Virus record (IMG/VR): IMGVR_UViG_2690316285_000010
DNA from: a virus
Lineage: Duplodnaviria; Heunggongvirae; Uroviricota; Caudoviricetes
DNA length: 41,117 bases
Reading direction: 5' to 3' (one strand)
The position numbers and the translations under genes are program-made. The notes beneath the pieces were generated by a model that saw only the letters and a program-made list of their open reading frames with translations, was not told where the DNA came from and ran no database searches. Position 1 is the stretch's first letter; every line of letters begins with the position of its first letter. Positions 37,365-41,117 of this stretch are shown here, in pieces.

Positions 37365-37892
37365 ATGATGCACTTAAAGAACATAAAAGCAGGTAATGCT
37401 AAAACAGTGGAGCAGTATGAGTTAACAAAGAAGCACGGAGTCATCTGGCTTTACTCTGAGGACGGAAAAAACTGGTATGAGGAAGTGAAGAACTTTCAGC
37501 CAGACACAATAAAGATTGTTTACGATGCAAATAATATTATTGTCGCCATCACCAAAGATGCCTCCACGCTTAACCCTGAAGGTTATAGCGTCGTTGAGGT
37601 TCCTGATATTACAGCTAATCGTCGTGCTGATGATTCCGGTAAGTGGATGTTTAAGGACGGAGCTGTGGTTAAACGGATTTATACGGCTGACGAACAGCAA
37701 CAACAGGCCGAATCACAAAAGGCCGCATTGCTTTCCGAAGCTGAATCAGTCATCCAGCCGCTGGAACGCGCTGTCAGGCTGAATATGGCAACAGACGAGG
37801 AACGCACACGACTGGAAGCATGGGAACGCTACAGTGTTCTGGTCAGCCGTGTGGATACGGCAAAGCCAGAATGGCCACAAAAGCCTGAGTAA
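37365..37892 (+). CDS. tail fibre assembly protein, cassette A
   Basis: [11 protein letters not shown]... to ...[26 protein letters not shown]; start 2 nt after the variable-domain stop. Confidence 0.8.
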   Translation: MMHLKNIKAGNAKTVEQYELTKKHGVIWLYSEDGKNWYEEVKNFQPDTIKIVYDANNIIVAITKDASTLNPEGYSVVEVPDITANRRADDSGKWMFKDGAVVKRIYTADEQQQQAESQKAALLSEAESVIQPLERAVRLNMATDEERTRLEAWERYSVLVSRVDTAKPEWPQKPE

Positions 37893-37912
37893 AAATTAAG
37901 GCCCGATANNNN

Positions 37913-37938
37913 NNNNNNNNNACCTCGGTTTACAGGAA
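37913..37938. other. crossover site 4 (left 9 bp inside N-run 37909-37921)
   Basis: Visible part ACCTCGGTTTACAGGAA identical to sites 1/3, followed by the same [15 protein letters not shown] junction frame. Confidence 0.6.
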
Positions 37939-37983
37939 ACGGTAAACAAGGCTGGTAACGCCGTTCAGCGTTCCGGCGATAAA

Positions 37984-38879
37984 ATGACCGGAGAACTGAA
38001 AATTGGCACGGTGAATGCGCTGCGAATTTTCAATGATACCTTCGGTCTAATTTTCCGTCGTTCAGAAGATTTTCTTCATTTCATTCCGACGGCTGAAGGA
38101 CAAGGCGAAAACGGTAATATCGGCCCATTAAGGCCATTCGCTATAAATCTGAGAACAGGTGCTATATCTGTCAGCCACGGGGCCAAAATTAAAGGAGGTC
38201 TAGCTATTGGAGCTACTGATAACGCACTGGGTGAAAACTCCATTGTTCTGGGAGATAACGACACCGGATTTAGGCAAGATGGAGATGGTATTATTAGCTT
38301 CTATTCAAATGGTTCGCGCATCGGACATATTGATGAGTTAGGATTACATCTTTATAAAGATNNNNNNNNNNNNNNNNNNNNNNNNNNNNNNNNNNNNNNN
38401 NNNNNNNNNNNNNNNNNNNNNNNNNNNNNNNNNNNNNNNNNNNNNNNNNNNNNNNNNNNNNNNNNNNNNNNNNNNNNNNNNNNNNNNNNNNNNNNNNNNN
38501 NNNNNNNNNNNNNNNNNNNNNNNNNNNNNNNNNNNNNNNNNNNNNNNNNNNNNNNNNNNNNNNNNNNNNNNNNNNNNNNNNNNTGGTGCGCAAGTTGCGT
38601 CTAGTGGCGATATTTATGGTTCAGTGTGGGAAAACAACTGGTTAAGCACATGGCTGCATAATCATGTCGTTCGGGATATTCGTCTTGGCAGCATTGAATA
38701 TAAAAACGTATNNNNNNNNNNNNNNNNNNNNNNNNNGCGACTACGGCTTTGGCGATGCGTCAGGTTATGTTTTAACAGCCGCAATTAACAGCAATGCGGA
38801 TGATATTGTCGACACTGTTGCCAGAAGGCCAATTCAGAAATTGATTGGGGGAATATGGTACAACGTGGGGAGTGTTTAA
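37984..38879 (+). CDS. tail fibre variable C-terminal domain, cassette B (two internal N-runs)
   Basis: ...[22 protein letters not shown]... to ...[18 protein letters not shown]; N-runs 38362-38583 and 38712-38736 fall inside. Confidence 0.65.
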
Positions 38880-38880
38880 G

Positions 38881-39408
38881 ATGATGCACCTGAAAAATAT
38901 TAAGGCCGGGAATCCGAAAACACCGGAACAATACCAGCTAACTAAAAAAGCGGGCGTGGTATGGCTCTTTTGCGAAGATGGCAAAAACTGGTATGAGGAA
39001 CAAAAGAATTTTCAGCCAGACACCATAAAAATTGCTTACGATGAGAACAACATCATCGTTGCTGTCAGTAAAGACGTTTCAACTATTAATCCTGAAGGGC
39101 TAAGCATAGTTGAAGTTCCTGATATTACGGCAAATCGTCACGCAGACAATAACGGAAAATGGATGTTTCTGGATGGTAAAGTAGTAAAGAGGGAATATAC
39201 AGAACAGGAACTGCAACAACAGGCCGAATCACAAAAGGCCGCATTGCTTTCCGAAGCTGAATCAGTCATCCAGCCGCTGGAACGCGCTGTCAGGCTGAAT
39301 ATGGCAACAGACGAGGAACGCACACGACTGGAAGCATGGGAACGCTACAGTGTTCTGGTCAGCCGTGTGGATACGGCAAATCCTGAATGGCCACAAAAGC
39401 CTGAATAA
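38881..39408 (+). CDS. tail fibre assembly protein, cassette B
   Basis: [30 protein letters not shown]... full-length Tfa, same C-terminal half as cassette A. Confidence 0.8.
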   Translation: MMHLKNIKAGNPKTPEQYQLTKKAGVVWLFCEDGKNWYEEQKNFQPDTIKIAYDENNIIVAVSKDVSTINPEGLSIVEVPDITANRHADNNGKWMFLDGKVVKREYTEQELQQQAESQKAALLSEAESVIQPLERAVRLNMATDEERTRLEAWERYSVLVSRVDTANPEWPQKPE

Positions 39409-39440
39409 AAATTAAGGCCCGATAGCGGGCCTTCTCTCAT
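39409..39440. terminator. bidirectional terminator between convergent Tfa genes
   Basis: GGCCCG-atag-CGGGCC hairpin at 39419-39434 with T-rich flanks on both strands; the same hairpin half precedes N-run 37909. Confidence 0.55.
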
Positions 39441-40146
39441 TCTGGTTGTTCGGGAAACGTTACTGGCAGGCTGGAGGTGTCTGTGGATTCAACCTTCTGC
39501 GCATAGAGCATCCACTCGGTTAATTTTTGTTTATTCTCGTCGGAAATAATGCCCAGCCGTAGCTGTGAGTCCCATAGCTGGGTTTTATCCCTGACGAGCT
39601 GTAGCAGGCTTTGCTTTTCATTTTCCGCTTGTTGCCTCTGCTCTTCCCCGGTATAAGTTCGCTTTATCACTACGCCATCTTTGAACATCCATTTACCTGA
39701 AATATCAGCCCGGCGATTTGCTGTAATATCAGGCAACTCAACGACACTNNNNNNNNNNNNNNNNNNNNNNNNNNNNNNNNNNNNNNNNNNNNNNNNNNNN
39801 NNNNNNNNNNNTTGCTCTTCCTCGGTATAAGTTCGCTTTATCACCGCACCATCTTTGAACATCCAGTTGCCCGAAATATCAGCCCGGCGATTTGCTGTAA
39901 TATCAGGAACCTCAACGACGCTTGCGCCTTCCGGATTAATTGCTGAAACATCCTTTTCAATACAAATAATAACGCCGTTGTGGTCATAGACCATTTTCAA
40001 CGTATCAGGCTGAAAGTTCTTTTGTTCCTCATACCAGTTTTTCCCATCCTCTGTATAAAGCTATTTGATGTTAAATTGTTTCGTTAGCTGGTATTGCTCT
40101 TTTGTTTCAGGATTACCAGCAGAAATGTTTTTTAAGTGCATCATCG
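39437..40146 (-). pseudogene. tail fibre assembly protein, cassette C (in-frame TAG and N-run)
   Basis: Minus-strand reading [36 protein letters not shown]...: TAG where the other copies have TGG (plus 40061-40063). N-run 39749-39811 is flanked by about 90% identical 100-bp sequences. Confidence 0.6.
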
Positions 40147-41117
40147 TTAAATACTCCCCGCGTTATACCACGTCCCATTAATGCAATACTGAATTGGCCT
40201 TGCCTGAGTTGTATCAATTAGTTCATCTCTGTTTGAGTTAACGGAACCGGTAACAACATAACCTGACCTGTCAGACCATCCGGGACCATTCCATGTCTGA
40301 ACAGATAACAGACCACCAAGGCGAATACCTGTAATAAACCTTGAGTTACATTCTGCCTGCGTATATGCACCAACATCTCCCGCAGAGGGTTTGCGGGTTG
40401 TGGTGTAAAACTCTGACCAGTCAGCTTCAAAGCCATAACCATCACGCGCTGAACGATAAAAAATACCGCCGTTCCTGTAATTCACGCGGAACTGTACAGC
40501 AGGGCAGCTCCCCGTATTCATATTGAAGTGGAGGATTAATGTCGATGCGCCACCAATGTTTGCGTTATAGACCCCGCTATTCCAGTTCCAGCCAACAGCT
40601 TTATCATTTCCGACAGTGCTTCCTGTTTGCCCTAAAGCAAATGCAGGTTGTTGATTTTTCGTGTTGTAGTCTCGTCGCCAGCCAGGAGCGTAAGCATCAC
40701 CATGATTAATATAAGTGAATTGAGCGTTAGTAATTCCGCCACCGCTGGACGTGCTCGGCGTGGTAACGCGTATGGTCATTGCGCCGCGAGTGCCAATAAC
40801 TTCCACCACAGCACCTGCAAGACAAATATTTCCGCAACCTGTATCTGTAATGACCTTATTATTTGCATAAGCCCATGAGCCTTTGCACATCCAGTAAGGA
40901 TGGTTAAATGCTCCCTGACTCTCCAGCCACGAAATAAATTGCGCGGTTGTCCAGACCTGACTATCGCCACCAATATTCAGCCATGAGCTATATGCGCGGC
41001 AGGCACCAATATTTTTGGTGAAGGTATCTTTCCCCGGAATATCTGCGCCGTTCTGGTTTTTCTGTAATGCGCCAGAAGCCTGATTTACCGTTTCCTGTAA
41101 ACCGAGGTATTCGATAA
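40147..41117 (-). CDS. tail fibre variable C-terminal domain, cassette C (5' end at window edge)
   Basis: Minus-strand frame open from crossover site 5 ([18 protein letters not shown]...) to ...[17 protein letters not shown]; ORF track lists 40147-40890 from an internal Met. Confidence 0.7.
   Translation of the reverse strand, partial: IEYLGLQETVNQASGALQKNQNGADIPGKDTFTKNIGACRAYSSWLNIGGDSQVWTTAQFISWLESQGAFNHPYWMCKGSWAYANNKVITDTGCGNICLAGAVVEVIGTRGAMTIRVTTPSTSSGGGITNAQFTYINHGDAYAPGWRRDYNTKNQQPAFALGQTGSTVGNDKAVGWNWNSGVYNANIGGASTLILHFNMNTGSCPAVQFRVNYRNGGIFYRSARDGYGFEADWSEFYTTTRKPSAGDVGAYTQAECNSRFITGIRLGGLLSVQTWNGPGWSDRSGYVVTGSVNSNRDELIDTTQARPIQYCINGTWYNAGSI
41092..41117. other. crossover site 5, inverted relative to sites 1/3/4
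   Basis: Plus strand TTCCTGTAAACCGAGGTATTCGATAA = reverse complement of TTATCGAATACC-TC-GGTTTACAGGAA. Confidence 0.75.

Noticed and set aside
1-41117. tRNA, rRNA or CRISPR array anywhere in the window
   Set aside because: I found no cloverleaf-like conserved tRNA segments near the prophage boundary and no regularly spaced direct repeats with unique spacers; not reported.

Overview
The window holds an Escherichia-type chromosomal block (nlpC-btuD-btuE-btuC, minus strand, 31-2916) followed by a P2-family prophage that fills the rest of the window (about 3.0-41.1 kb; its far end is not reached). The prophage has a recognisable P2-like backbone, but it is rearranged or incompletely assembled. 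An IS4 copy abuts a 3' remnant of the tail-tube gene, and the tail-fibre assembly, sheath, most of the tube, D and ogr genes are not seen. The last 9 kb is a Pin/Gin/Min-type multiple-inversion tail-fibre region with at least four variable-domain/assembly cassettes and five crossover sites. Cargo stands out at three places: two unrecognised genes next to int, a ParM/ParR-like partition pair plus three small unknown ORFs between replication gene A and cos (the position of the P2 tin/old cargo locus), and an AT-rich methyltransferase island beside an IS110-family recombinase fragment. There are 12 N-runs; several have duplicated or near-duplicated flanks, so I treat them as scaffold gaps, and gene order across them is uncertain. 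All protein identifications are from reading the ORF translations against remembered family sequences, not from a database search.
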